Program-made: the position numbers and the translations under genes
Assembly: GCA_965246885.1 (NCBI GenBank)
Contig: OZ251992.1
Coordinates: 2,048,001-2,112,000 of the forward strand
Direction: 5' to 3'
Origin: Abditibacterium sp.
GTDB lineage: Bacteria; Armatimonadota; Abditibacteriia; Abditibacteriales; Abditibacteriaceae
Length of the DNA stretch: 64,000 bases
Part shown: in pieces, positions 28,430 to 36,997 of the stretch
How positions within the stretch are numbered: the stretch's first letter is position 1
Layout of the letters: each line of letters starts with the position of its first letter
The notes under the pieces: model-generated
What the model saw: only the letters and a program-made list of their open reading frames with translations
The model's database searches: none
Told to the model about the DNA's origin: nothing

Positions 28430-30667
28430 ATGACCGCTCCGATATCCTCTTCTGCCACCCAGCCCTCCTCGCTCGCGCCCTCTTCAGTTGAACAAGACGC
28501 GCCGGGGGTGGGCGGCGTCACCTTTCGCGCCGTTTTATTGTCGCTTGCGCTCGCGGCCTTCTTCGGCTACATCATTCCCGTCGTGGATATGAAGATGCGC
28601 AACACCTTTTTGGGCGCCACTCACTTGCCACCCGGTGCGGTTGCGGTGCTGCTGGTACTTTTGCTGTGCATTAACCCGCTCCTCAAAATCATGGCGCGCG
28701 ACCGGAGCCGGGTGGCGCTCGTGGTGGGCGTGATGCTTGGTTGTATAGCGATAGCGGGGGCCAACTTCCTGCGGGCGGGGTTTGACTCCATCCTGTTTTG
28801 GCTTTGTGGCGGTGCGGCCATCCTCATTCTGCTCACGCTCGCGCTGGGGCGGCGCCCGATGACGCGCAACGAGACGCTGACCATCTACATCTCCTGCCTG
28901 TTCTCGACGCTTGCGCCGGGACACGGCGCCGAAAACGTGTTCGTGGTCAACCTCCTCGGCCCGTTTTACTACGCGACGCGTGAGAACAAGTGGCTTGAGT
29001 TCTTGCAGCCCTACATCAAGCCTTGGATGACCCCCGCCCTGTCGCAAGGCGGCCCCATTTACGCCAACAACGCAACCGCGCAGGCCGTTGTGCACGGCTG
29101 GTTCGATAACACCAGAGACGGTCAAGTGCCTTGGGGGGCGTGGCTGGTGCCGCTTGCGGTGTGGGGGAGCGTCGTGCTCCTGATGTATGTGATGATGGCC
29201 TGCGTGTGCGTCATCATTCGCAAGCAGTGGGCCGAGCGCGAAGCACTCGCCTTTCCGCTTTTGCGCTTGCCGCTCGAATTGACCGAAGGCATGGATAAGC
29301 CCGACGCGGGCCTTGTCACCGGCTTTTTCCGCAACCCGACAATGTGGATTGGTTTCGGCATCGCGGTCTTCATTCAACTGATGCGCGGCCTTCATACGTA
29401 CTACCCAGATATGCCCGACTTCCCCCTCGTGTTGGAAGGCAACTACTTTTCCGAGGCGCCTTGGAATCAAATCGGCTGGACGCCTTTCAGCATTTATCCG
29501 GTCTTCGTGGGCATCTCGTTCCTGCTTACGACGGAGATCTCCTTCTCGTTCTGGTTCTTTTACCTGTTCATCAAAATGCAGTTTGTCCTCGCGTACTTGC
29601 TTGGCTTTAGTCCTAACACGCTTCCGCACCCAAAAGACAGTCTTGCTTCTGGCACGCCCGTATTCACCTACTACCAGCAAATCGGCTGTTACTTCGCGTA
29701 TGTGGGCATCATGGCGTGGACGGGGCGCGAGCATTTGCGTCATATCGTCCTGCGCGCCTTTGGTTTGCGGCGCCGCGACCGGGAGGAAAGCGAAGAGGCT
29801 TTGTCATACCCTGCCGCGTTTTGGGGGTTCGCGCTGTCGTTCGGCGCGCTGGTGGCGTGGACAATTGCGATGGGCGTCAATCCACTGCTCGCGTTTTTGC
29901 AGTGGGGGATGTACTTGGTCATTATCGTTGCCCTCACGCGCATCATCGCCGAAGCGGGCATTTTGTTCGTGCAGCAAGGCTGGGGGCCACTTGGCTCCAT
30001 CGGGCAAATCACGAACGCGGGGCCGACGCACTGGTTGCTGGGCGCCAAGTCCTTGCCTTCCGCCGCCATGATTCAAGGCAGTTTGATGACCGACCTGCGC
30101 GGCTTCATCATGCCCTCGTTTATCCAAGGCTTCAAATTGGCCCATGACCGCAAAATCCCGCTTAAGCCTCTGTTGGCACTGATGTTGGCGTGTTCGGTGA
30201 TCACCTTTGCGATGGGCACGTATTTCAATATCAAGTTCGGCTACAAGCAAGGCGGCACCTCGCTGGATGCGTGGTATGCGGGCGGCGCGGCGCAGGTTCC
30301 AGCCAACACCGCATCGGGCTTGGTGCAGGGTGTGCAGGACGCTTCGTATTGGAACTTGGTGTGGTTGGGGCTGGGAATGGCGATGACGTATGGGATGATG
30401 CTGGCACGCTCGCGCTTTGCGTGGTTCCCGCTCCACCCCATCGGTTTGTTGCTCTCACAAACCTATCCCATCGCCACGATCTGGTTCTCCGTTTTTCTCG
30501 GCTGGATGTTCAAAGTGCTCATCACCCGATTTGGCGGCACCGATTCCTACCGCAAAGCGACCCCCGCCTTTTTGGGGTTGGCGCTGGGGGATGTGTCCAT
30601 GATGCTGTTCTGGCTGGTCATAGACGGCTGGCAAGGGCACGTCGGACACAAACTGATGCCCGGCTGA
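28430..30667 (+). CDS. DUF6785/DUF6784-like polytopic membrane protein (putative peptide transporter)
   Basis: VTFRA, W.AW..PL..W, RKQW.ERE.LAFPL, RI.AE.G, WFPLHP.G, FGG...YR...P.FLGL.LG motifs. Confidence 0.75.
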   Translation: MTAPISSSATQPSSLAPSSVEQDAPGVGGVTFRAVLLSLALAAFFGYIIPVVDMKMRNTFLGATHLPPGAVAVLLVLLLCINPLLKIMARDRSRVALVVGVMLGCIAIAGANFLRAGFDSILFWLCGGAAILILLTLALGRRPMTRNETLTIYISCLFSTLAPGHGAENVFVVNLLGPFYYATRENKWLEFLQPYIKPWMTPALSQGGPIYANNATAQAVVHGWFDNTRDGQVPWGAWLVPLAVWGSVVLLMYVMMACVCVIIRKQWAEREALAFPLLRLPLELTEGMDKPDAGLVTGFFRNPTMWIGFGIAVFIQLMRGLHTYYPDMPDFPLVLEGNYFSEAPWNQIGWTPFSIYPVFVGISFLLTTEISFSFWFFYLFIKMQFVLAYLLGFSPNTLPHPKDSLASGTPVFTYYQQIGCYFAYVGIMAWTGREHLRHIVLRAFGLRRRDREESEEALSYPAAFWGFALSFGALVAWTIAMGVNPLLAFLQWGMYLVIIVALTRIIAEAGILFVQQGWGPLGSIGQITNAGPTHWLLGAKSLPSAAMIQGSLMTDLRGFIMPSFIQGFKLAHDRKIPLKPLLALMLACSVITFAMGTYFNIKFGYKQGGTSLDAWYAGGAAQVPANTASGLVQGVQDASYWNLVWLGLGMAMTYGMMLARSRFAWFPLHPIGLLLSQTYPIATIWFSVFLGWMFKVLITRFGGTDSYRKATPAFLGLALGDVSMMLFWLVIDGWQGHVGHKLMPG

Positions 30668-30687
30668 AAATCTTTCATTCGCCGCCT

Positions 30688-30834
30688 TCTGTCATCCATT
30701 CCCGCACGTCTGGCACTGGTTCCCACACCTTTGTCACCCATTCCCGCACGTCTGTCACCGGTTCCCGCGCCTCTGTCACTCGGCGGCAGACGTGCGGGAA
30801 CCAGTAACACACGTCTGTCTCCGAAAGAATGCTC
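30688..30834. repeat. 21-bp-period degenerate tandem repeat array (TCTGTCAC.. core)
   Basis: Units TCTGTCATCCATTCCCGCACG / TCTGGCACTGGTTCCCACACC / TTTGTCACCCATTCCCGCACG / TCTGTCACCGGTTCCCGCGCC / TCTGTCACTCGGCGGCAGACG. Confidence 0.85.
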
Positions 30835-30944
30835 CCCGTCGGCGGAAGAATTGTCTCCGTTGGCGAGTGAAGTCAACAAACCTTGTCTTGGTTTAAAGAA
30901 CCGGATAGTGCGCCGCATCGTCTGGCGCCGCGCTTCCTTCCGCT

Positions 30945-31940
30945 ATGAAACGAATTTTCTTGATGCTCACCCTCGTGGGCGCTTCTGTTGCGGGCACGTG
31001 GACACCCGCGCCTGCCGTTGCTGCCACTGCTCCAGTCCCCGCCGGGGGTGTTGCGGCGGATGTCAACGGCGACCACATTCCCTTGGGCGACTTGAACCGC
31101 ATCGTTGCGAGTATTAAAGCGAGCGACCCCGGTTTGCAAACCGACTCTCCCACCGCCCAAAAAGCGCTCTCCGATATCAAAGGGCAGATGCTGGATCAAC
31201 TGATTACCACCCGCCTGTTGGCCCAAGAAGCGCACCGTCAGAAGATCGCTCCTTCCCCCAAAGCGGTGGACGACGCCCTCACGCAACTGCGGGGCAACTT
31301 CAAGACAGAAGCCGAGTTCAACCAGTGGCTCCAAAGCGACGGCAAAACGGTCGCCGACGTCAAGCGCAGCATCGCCGACGAACTGGCCATCCGCGAGCTT
31401 TCCGCGCAGTTGACCGGCGACATCACGGTTTCGCCCGACGACATCGGCACGTTCTACCGCGATCACCTCAAGCAGTTCGCCGTCCCCGAAACCATCCAAG
31501 CGCGCCACATTATGTTGGCGCTCAACCCCAACGCGTCCGCCGCCGACAAAGCCGCCGTTTCCAAGCGCGCCCAAAACCTCATCGCCCAACTCCGCAACCA
31601 CGCCGATTTCGCGGCTTTGGCCAAGGCCAACTCCGACGACCCGGAAGGCCGAGACAACGGCGGCGACATGGGCACCTTTGTGCTCGACGAGATGATCCAG
31701 CCCATCGCCGATGCTTGCGCTAAGGCCAAAGCGGGCGACATCGTCGGCCCCGTCACCACCGAGTTTGGCCTGCACATCATCCGCATAGACGCCCGCAACG
31801 CGGCCACAACCGTGCCTCTATCAACCGTGCAAAGCAGTCCGCAAATCAAGGCAATCGTGCTCAAACAGAAAGTCCAAGCGCGGTTGGATGAGCGCATCGC
31901 CAAGCTACGCGCGGCGGCAACCATCAAAAAATATGTGTAA
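30945..31940 (+). CDS. Exported parvulin-type peptidyl-prolyl isomerase (SurA/PrsA-like)
   Basis: Signal peptide; VA.VNG..I, ARHIM, DFAALAK.NSDD, GGDMG, GPV.TEFG.HII. Confidence 0.9.
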   Translation: MKRIFLMLTLVGASVAGTWTPAPAVAATAPVPAGGVAADVNGDHIPLGDLNRIVASIKASDPGLQTDSPTAQKALSDIKGQMLDQLITTRLLAQEAHRQKIAPSPKAVDDALTQLRGNFKTEAEFNQWLQSDGKTVADVKRSIADELAIRELSAQLTGDITVSPDDIGTFYRDHLKQFAVPETIQARHIMLALNPNASAADKAAVSKRAQNLIAQLRNHADFAALAKANSDDPEGRDNGGDMGTFVLDEMIQPIADACAKAKAGDIVGPVTTEFGLHIIRIDARNAATTVPLSTVQSSPQIKAIVLKQKVQARLDERIAKLRAAATIKKYV

Positions 31941-31990
31941 GTGGCAAGGGTGGAACGGCGGGCGAAACGCGAATCTCGTTCGCCGCCGCG

Positions 31991-32019
31991 TTGACAGATG
32001 GGCGGAGCGGAGTTACAAT
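31991..32019 (+). promoter_or_regulatory. Sigma70 promoter of the tRNA operon
   Basis: TTGACA-N17-TACAAT, 32 bp upstream of tRNA-Thr. Confidence 0.85.
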
Positions 32020-32051
32020 TTCTTCTTGCGCTTTTCCAAGAGGCGCACTTT

Positions 32052-32123
32052 GCCGGTGTAGCTCAGGGGTAGAGCAGCTGTTTTGTAAACAGCCGGTCGG
32101 GGGTTCGAATCCGTCCATCGGCT
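32052..32123 (+). tRNA. tRNA-Thr (TGT)
   Basis: GCCGGTG..GCTGT-TTTGTAA-ACAGC..GGTTCGAATCC..CATCGGC-T cloverleaf. Confidence 0.95.
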
Positions 32124-32162
32124 TCGCCAAGACTTGTTTGGGCGAAGAACTTTGAAAAATTA

Positions 32163-32245
32163 GCAAGGGTGGCCGAGCGGTTAATGGCAGCAGACTGTAA
32201 ATCTGCCGAGGTGACTCTACGGCGGTTCGAATCCGCCCCCTTGCA
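32163..32245 (+). tRNA. tRNA-Tyr (GTA)
   Basis: GCAAGGG..GCAGA-CTGTAAA-TCTGC, long variable arm, GGTTCGAATCC..CCCTTGC-A. Confidence 0.95.
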
Positions 32246-32258
32246 GTACACTTTGGCC

Positions 32259-32813
32259 GTGCCAAAGTGCCACCGATGCAGTTCGCATTTCCCAAACACG
32301 CTCACTTTGGAAGGACGTGTGCGCTATTTGGGGAATCGCAAGTATTGTTTGGAGTGTTCGCCTTTTGGCGGGCACAACACGCGCAGAGTGGAAGTTGAGC
32401 GGGCCTCTACTTGCGCGGTTTGCCGGGGAAAGCATCATTTGAAGGGTAATCTCTGCCGCTATTGCACGAATAAAATCGCGCGTTGGCGGCTCAAGTTGGC
32501 GATGGTGCGGGCCAAGGGCGGGAGGTGCGAGCGTTGCGGATGGAGTGGCAATCCTGTCGCTTTTGACTTCCATCATGTCGACCCGTCTCTCGAGGAAGTC
32601 TCCTTGAACATGGCCACGCAAAGCCGCGTGACGATGTTGAAGGAGTTGGAAAAGTGCATCTTGCTTTGCACGCGCTGTCATCGGTTGGAACACGCGACTG
32701 AGAACCGCGTCGAGTTTTGGGAGCAAGTGTTCAACTATCGCGGTGGATTAGAGATAGGGAATAGAGAAGAGTGGGACTTTCTTTTTGAAGGTGTTGAAGA
32801 TACGCCTCTGTAG
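32259..32813 (+). CDS. HNH-type endonuclease with multiple CxxC zinc-binding motifs, inside the tRNA operon
   Basis: KGGRCERCG..FDFHHVDP..KCILLCTRCHRLEH; six CxxC pairs; GTG start 14 bp after tRNA-Tyr; stop overlaps tRNA-Thr(GGT); lower GC than flanks. Confidence 0.82.
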   Translation: MPKCHRCSSHFPNTLTLEGRVRYLGNRKYCLECSPFGGHNTRRVEVERASTCAVCRGKHHLKGNLCRYCTNKIARWRLKLAMVRAKGGRCERCGWSGNPVAFDFHHVDPSLEEVSLNMATQSRVTMLKELEKCILLCTRCHRLEHATENRVEFWEQVFNYRGGLEIGNREEWDFLFEGVEDTPL

Positions 32814-32875
32814 TTCAGTGGCAGAACGCTTCCTTGGTAAGGAAGTGGTCACCAGTTCGATTCTGGTCAGAGGCT
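32804..32875 (+). tRNA. tRNA-Thr (GGT)
   Basis: GCCTCTG..CTTCC-TTGGTAA-GGAAG..ACCAG-TTCGATT-CTGGT-CAGAGGC-T. Confidence 0.95.
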
Positions 32876-32921
32876 TTTAGTTGAAGCGATTCATCTATCG
32901 GATAATTGGAACGAAGAATAT

Positions 32922-32993
32922 ACGGGTATAGTTCAGTGGTAGAACGTCGGTCTCCAAAACCGGATGTCGTGGGTTCGAGTCCTACTACCCGTG
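32922..32993 (+). tRNA. tRNA-Trp (CCA)
   Basis: ACGGGTA..TCGGT-CTCCAAA-ACCGG..GTGGG-TTCGAGT-CCTAC-TACCCGT-G; canonical position before secE. Confidence 0.95.
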
Positions 32994-33086
32994 TCCTCGC
33001 TATAACGAATGTCAGGCGGGCGGCTCTCCTTGGAGGGAGCCGCCGCGTCGGGCGCTCGTTTGGCGTGTGGGAGAGGCAACAATTTC

Positions 33087-33479
33087 ATGGCCATCGTCAG
33101 AACCACACCGAGGGAAACGGAAAGCAGCGACCCTTCCGGCGAAACCCCCTCACAGGGCATCACCCGAAGCGTCGACCGCACCAAGTCAGTCGTCAATCAA
33201 GGCGGGCGCCCGCAAGCGCGTCCGGCCCGCGTGCCCGGTCAAATGAACCGGAGCGCGGCGCAGCAACAAATCGCCGAAGGCGGCGCGCGCCAGTTCTGGG
33301 ACGATACGCTCCTCGAACTCAAGCGCGTCGTGTGGCCCACCAAAGAAGAGCGGGCCGCCGGAACGATTGTGACGATTGGGATGCTCGTTTTCTTTGCCCT
33401 GTTCATCACCAGCCTTGAAGTCGCCGTGAGTCACCTATTTCAGTGGGTGCACATCCTCCCCGCGCCAGTGGGTAAGTAG
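33087..33479 (+). CDS. secE: Preprotein translocase subunit SecE with long polar N-terminal extension
   Basis: F..D...ELKRVVWPT.EE followed by one TM; lies between tRNA-Trp and nusG. Confidence 0.9.
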   Translation: MAIVRTTPRETESSDPSGETPSQGITRSVDRTKSVVNQGGRPQARPARVPGQMNRSAAQQQIAEGGARQFWDDTLLELKRVVWPTKEERAAGTIVTIGMLVFFALFITSLEVAVSHLFQWVHILPAPVGK

Positions 33480-33569
33480 CGTATTGCTTCCGCGCGGGCT
33501 TGCGCCCGCGTTCTTGCGTCTCTACCGCCGGTGGAGGCGCCGACCTGTCCGCGCTTGGCGGAGGAAATT

Positions 33570-34106
33570 ATGGCGAAACAGTGGTATGCGGTTCACACCT
33601 TTTCCGGTCAGGAAGACAAGGTGCAGCAAAACATCGAGAAACGCTCCGAAGCGGTCGGGCTTCGCACGCGCATTTCGCGCGTCGTCGTGCCGACCGAGGA
33701 CGAGCAACGGATGCGCGGCCAGAAAGTCGTCACGGTGAAGAAGAAAATCTTCCCCGGCTATGTCCTCATCGAGATGGACATGGACGACGAGACGTGGCAC
33801 TTCGTGCGCCAAACCGTCGGCGTGACCGGCTTTTTGGGGCAAGTGACCGGCACGGCGACGCGCCCGACGCCGCTTCGCCCCGAAGAAGTGGACGCCCTGC
33901 TCGGCGAGTCGCTCGGCCTGCCGAAGCTGACCACCATCTTCCATAAGGGAGACCAAGTGTCGGTCATTGGCGGCCCGTTCACCGGCTCGGAAGGGCACAT
34001 TGAGGAGATTAACCCCGAAACCGAAAAGGTGACGGTCTCCATCACCCTCTTTGGCCGCGAGCAACGGGTGCCGCTCGATTTTGCGAACGTGGAGAAGGTC
34101 GTTTAA
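33570..34106 (+). CDS. nusG: Transcription termination/antitermination factor NusG
   Basis: WYAVHTFSGQE.KV, FPGYVL, KOW motif GPF.G..G. Confidence 0.97.
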   Translation: MAKQWYAVHTFSGQEDKVQQNIEKRSEAVGLRTRISRVVVPTEDEQRMRGQKVVTVKKKIFPGYVLIEMDMDDETWHFVRQTVGVTGFLGQVTGTATRPTPLRPEEVDALLGESLGLPKLTTIFHKGDQVSVIGGPFTGSEGHIEEINPETEKVTVSITLFGREQRVPLDFANVEKVV

Positions 34107-34154
34107 ACACACTACGCCCCTGCTTTGGCAGTGCGGAGTAGCACATGAAACATC

Positions 34155-34580
34155 ATGGCAAAGAAAGTTACAGGATTCATCAAATTGCAGTTGCCTGCGG
34201 GCGCTGCCGCTCCGTCGCCGCCCGTTGGCCCGGCGTTGGGCCAGCATGGTGTCAACATCATGCAGTTCGTCAAAGCGTATAACGAGCAAACGGCGGCGCA
34301 GACCGGGCAAATCATCCCCGTCGAAATCACCGTTTATCAAGACCGCTCGTTCACGTTCATCTTGAAGACGCCCCCGGCTGCCGACCTGCTCAAAAAAGCG
34401 GCGGGCATCAAGTCGGGCGCGAAGAACCCGCTCAAAGACCGCGCCGGTGCCATCACCGACGTGCAACTGGCGGAACTGGCGCAACTCAAGATGAAAGACT
34501 TGAACGCCAAGGACATCGACGGCGCGAAGAAGATTCTCGCCGGAACCGCCCGCTCGATGGGCATCAAGATTGAGGGCTAA
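34155..34580 (+). CDS. rplK: 50S ribosomal protein L11
   Basis: [32 protein letters not shown]. Confidence 0.98.
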   Translation: MAKKVTGFIKLQLPAGAAAPSPPVGPALGQHGVNIMQFVKAYNEQTAAQTGQIIPVEITVYQDRSFTFILKTPPAADLLKKAAGIKSGAKNPLKDRAGAITDVQLAELAQLKMKDLNAKDIDGAKKILAGTARSMGIKIEG

Positions 34581-34589
34581 CTCAGAACT

Positions 34590-35282
34590 ATGGCGAACAC
34601 ACATGGAAAACGGTTTCGCGCCCTGAGCGAAACCTTCGACGCGAAAATCCAATACCCGCTTTCCGAAGCGGTGGAACTGGTCAAAAAGACCTCGAACGCG
34701 AAGTTCGACGAAACGGTGGACGTGACGGTTGTCCTCGGCATTGACCCGAAAAAGGGCGACCAACAGGTGCGCGGCACCATCACGCTTCCGCACGGCACGG
34801 GCAAAACCCCGCGCGTCGTGGCGGTTGCGCGCGGCGAAGCGGCGACGGCGGCACAAGCGGCGGGCGCCGATTTGGTCGGCGCCGAGGATGTCATCGAGCA
34901 AATCGAGAAGGACGAACTCCAGTTCGACGTGCTTGTGGCGACACCCGACATGATGCGCCTTCTGTCCCGCTTGGGCAAGAAGCTGGGGCCGCGTATGCCC
35001 AACGCCAAGTCGGGAACGGTCGGCCCCAACATCGGGCAGATCGTCTCAGACCGCAAAAAAGGCCAGATCGAATACCGCAACGAACCCAAAGCGGCGGTCA
35101 TTCACTCCATCATCGGCAAGTCCTCCTTCGAGGGCCAAGCCTTGACGGAGAACGCCAATGCCCTCATAGTCGCGCTCAACCGCGCCAAACCGAGCGCGGC
35201 CAAGGGCACATACTTAAAAGCGATTACCCTTTCCTCCACGATGGGGCCGGGTGTCAAAGTGGACGTGTCCAGCCTCCGCTAA
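34590..35282 (+). CDS. rplA: 50S ribosomal protein L1
   Basis: KFDETVD, DQQVRG...LPHGTGK, SSTMGPG. Confidence 0.98.
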   Translation: MANTHGKRFRALSETFDAKIQYPLSEAVELVKKTSNAKFDETVDVTVVLGIDPKKGDQQVRGTITLPHGTGKTPRVVAVARGEAATAAQAAGADLVGAEDVIEQIEKDELQFDVLVATPDMMRLLSRLGKKLGPRMPNAKSGTVGPNIGQIVSDRKKGQIEYRNEPKAAVIHSIIGKSSFEGQALTENANALIVALNRAKPSAAKGTYLKAITLSSTMGPGVKVDVSSLR

Positions 35283-35297
35283 AGGAAACGAGAACTC

Positions 35298-35828
35298 ATG
35301 GTAGCCAAGAAATACAAAGACAAAGAAGCTCTCGTGGCCGAACTGCGCGAGAAACTGGGAACAGCGACGGCCATCGTCGTCACCGAATATCGCGGCCTCA
35401 AAGCCGGAGACTTGGTGACGCTCCGGCAAGACCTGCGCGGCTCGAACGTGGAACTACGTGTCGTCAAAAACACGCTTCTGCGGCGCGCGAGCGAAGGGAT
35501 GCCGGTTCACGATCTGGCGCTCCAACTCAAAGGCCCCTCCGCCGTCGCAATGGCGTTCGGGGAGCCGACCGACGCGGCCAAGAAACTGGATGACAGCGCC
35601 AAGGCGCTTTCCGCCTTCAACTTGCAAGGCGGCGTCATCGAGTCCATGATCGTGTCAGGCGAACAAGTCGCGGCGATTGCGAAATTGCCCTCGAAAAAGG
35701 AACTGCAAGCGAAAGCGGTCGGCGCCCTCCAAGGCCCGCTCGCCGGATTGGTCTTCACTTTGTCAGGCGTGCTGTCGAACTTCGTCGGCATCCTGCAAGC
35801 GAAAATAGACGCCGAAACCGCGTCGTAA
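35298..35828 (+). CDS. rplJ: 50S ribosomal protein L10
   Basis: EYRGL, VVKNTL, L.GP.A.A, A.LPS; operon position. Confidence 0.97.
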   Translation: MVAKKYKDKEALVAELREKLGTATAIVVTEYRGLKAGDLVTLRQDLRGSNVELRVVKNTLLRRASEGMPVHDLALQLKGPSAVAMAFGEPTDAAKKLDDSAKALSAFNLQGGVIESMIVSGEQVAAIAKLPSKKELQAKAVGALQGPLAGLVFTLSGVLSNFVGILQAKIDAETAS

Positions 35829-35903
35829 AACCGGGTTTCAACCTCGCTTAATCTGGTCAGGAGCGCCCTAAGCGACTCCAACTCCTGCCCCGCGAACAAC
35901 ATC

Positions 35904-36296
35904 ATGGCAACAGAAAAGATCCAAGGTATCCTTGACACAGTCGGCGGCTTGTCCGTCCTCGAATTGAACGAACTCGTGAAAGAGTTGCAAGAGCAATGGG
36001 GCGTCACCGCCGCCGTTGCTGCGGCCCCGGCCTCCGGCGGCGGCGGCGGAGCGGCGGAAGCTGCGGCTCCCGCCGAAGAGCAGACCGAGTTCTCGGTCAT
36101 CATCAAAGAAGCGGGCGCCCAGAAGATTCAGGTCATCAAAGCCGTCCGCGAAGTTGTCCCGTCGCTCGGCCTCAAAGAAGCCAAAGACGTGGTGGACGCC
36201 GCGCCCAAGGCCGTCTTGGAAAACGCGACCAAAGAAGACGCGCAAAAGGCCAAAGAAAAACTCGAAGCCGCAGGCGCCGTCGTCGAAATCAAGTAA
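35904..36296 (+). CDS. rplL: 50S ribosomal protein L7/L12
   Basis: [31 protein letters not shown]. Confidence 0.98.
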   Translation: MATEKIQGILDTVGGLSVLELNELVKELQEQWGVTAAVAAAPASGGGGGAAEAAAPAEEQTEFSVIIKEAGAQKIQVIKAVREVVPSLGLKEAKDVVDAAPKAVLENATKEDAQKAKEKLEAAGAVVEIK

Positions 36297-36313
36297 CTTG
36301 GCCCCGGCACTAC

Positions 36314-36343
36314 AAACCCGCCCCCGTCTGGGGGCGGGTTTTT
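36314..36343 (+). terminator. Rho-independent terminator after rplL
   Basis: AAACCCGCCCCC-GTCT-GGGGGCGGGTTTTT. Confidence 0.9.
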
Positions 36344-36357
36344 GCGTATATTAAGGT

Positions 36358-36960
36358 GTGTCTCCCGAACAAAAGCAGCGCCGCCAAGCAATTTTCGATG
36401 CGGACTATGAGAATCAATACGCGGTTGTCGAACTCTTGACACGGCATTATCTGGAGGCTTGCCCACGCGATGCTAATGTATACCTGCGGCGCGCTCGCAC
36501 ATTGGCAATGCTCAATCGCCACGCTGAAGCTGAGGGTAGTGTCGAACAGGCGCTCGATGTTATAGCTGATGAGAAACTGATGCCATTCGTCTGGACGGTG
36601 AAAGCGGCGATACTTGAACGCCAAGGCCGGTTTCTGGAAGCAGAACAGGCTTATGTTGAAGCTAATGCTCTGGAACCCAACCAATGCTGGTTGCTGTGTC
36701 TGCTCGCCCACATGACATGGATGGGTGGTGATCTGCCACTGGCCGAGCAGCGATTCCGAGAGGCTTTGGCCGTCGAAGGTGAAGAGCACGACGAAGCCTT
36801 CTACAATTTGGGCGGCGTGTTAGTCGCGCTCGGACGTTTGGAAGAAGCCGCCGACTGCTACCGCCAAGCCCTCGCGCTTTCGCCCGATTACGACATCGCG
36901 CGGGTGCGATTAACCGATGTGGAGCGCGCTTTGGAGTTGCAACGGGAAGCGGACGGGTAG
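36358..36960 (+). CDS. Tetratricopeptide repeat protein
   Basis: TPR consensus e.g. AFYNLGGVLVALGRLEEAADCYRQALALSPD. Confidence 0.85.
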   Translation: MSPEQKQRRQAIFDADYENQYAVVELLTRHYLEACPRDANVYLRRARTLAMLNRHAEAEGSVEQALDVIADEKLMPFVWTVKAAILERQGRFLEAEQAYVEANALEPNQCWLLCLLAHMTWMGGDLPLAEQRFREALAVEGEEHDEAFYNLGGVLVALGRLEEAADCYRQALALSPDYDIARVRLTDVERALELQREADG

Positions 36961-36997
36961 GGGTGGAAGCGTAGGGTGGCGGCGGTCAAACTGAAAG

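Noticed and set aside
32169..32258. HNH ORF start inside tRNA-Tyr, or a group I intron in a tRNA
   Set aside because: Both flanking tRNAs are complete and uninterrupted; GTG 32259 is the plausible start.
32052..32993. tRNA genes lacking encoded CCA
   Set aside because: True for all five tRNAs here but common in many bacteria, so not notable.
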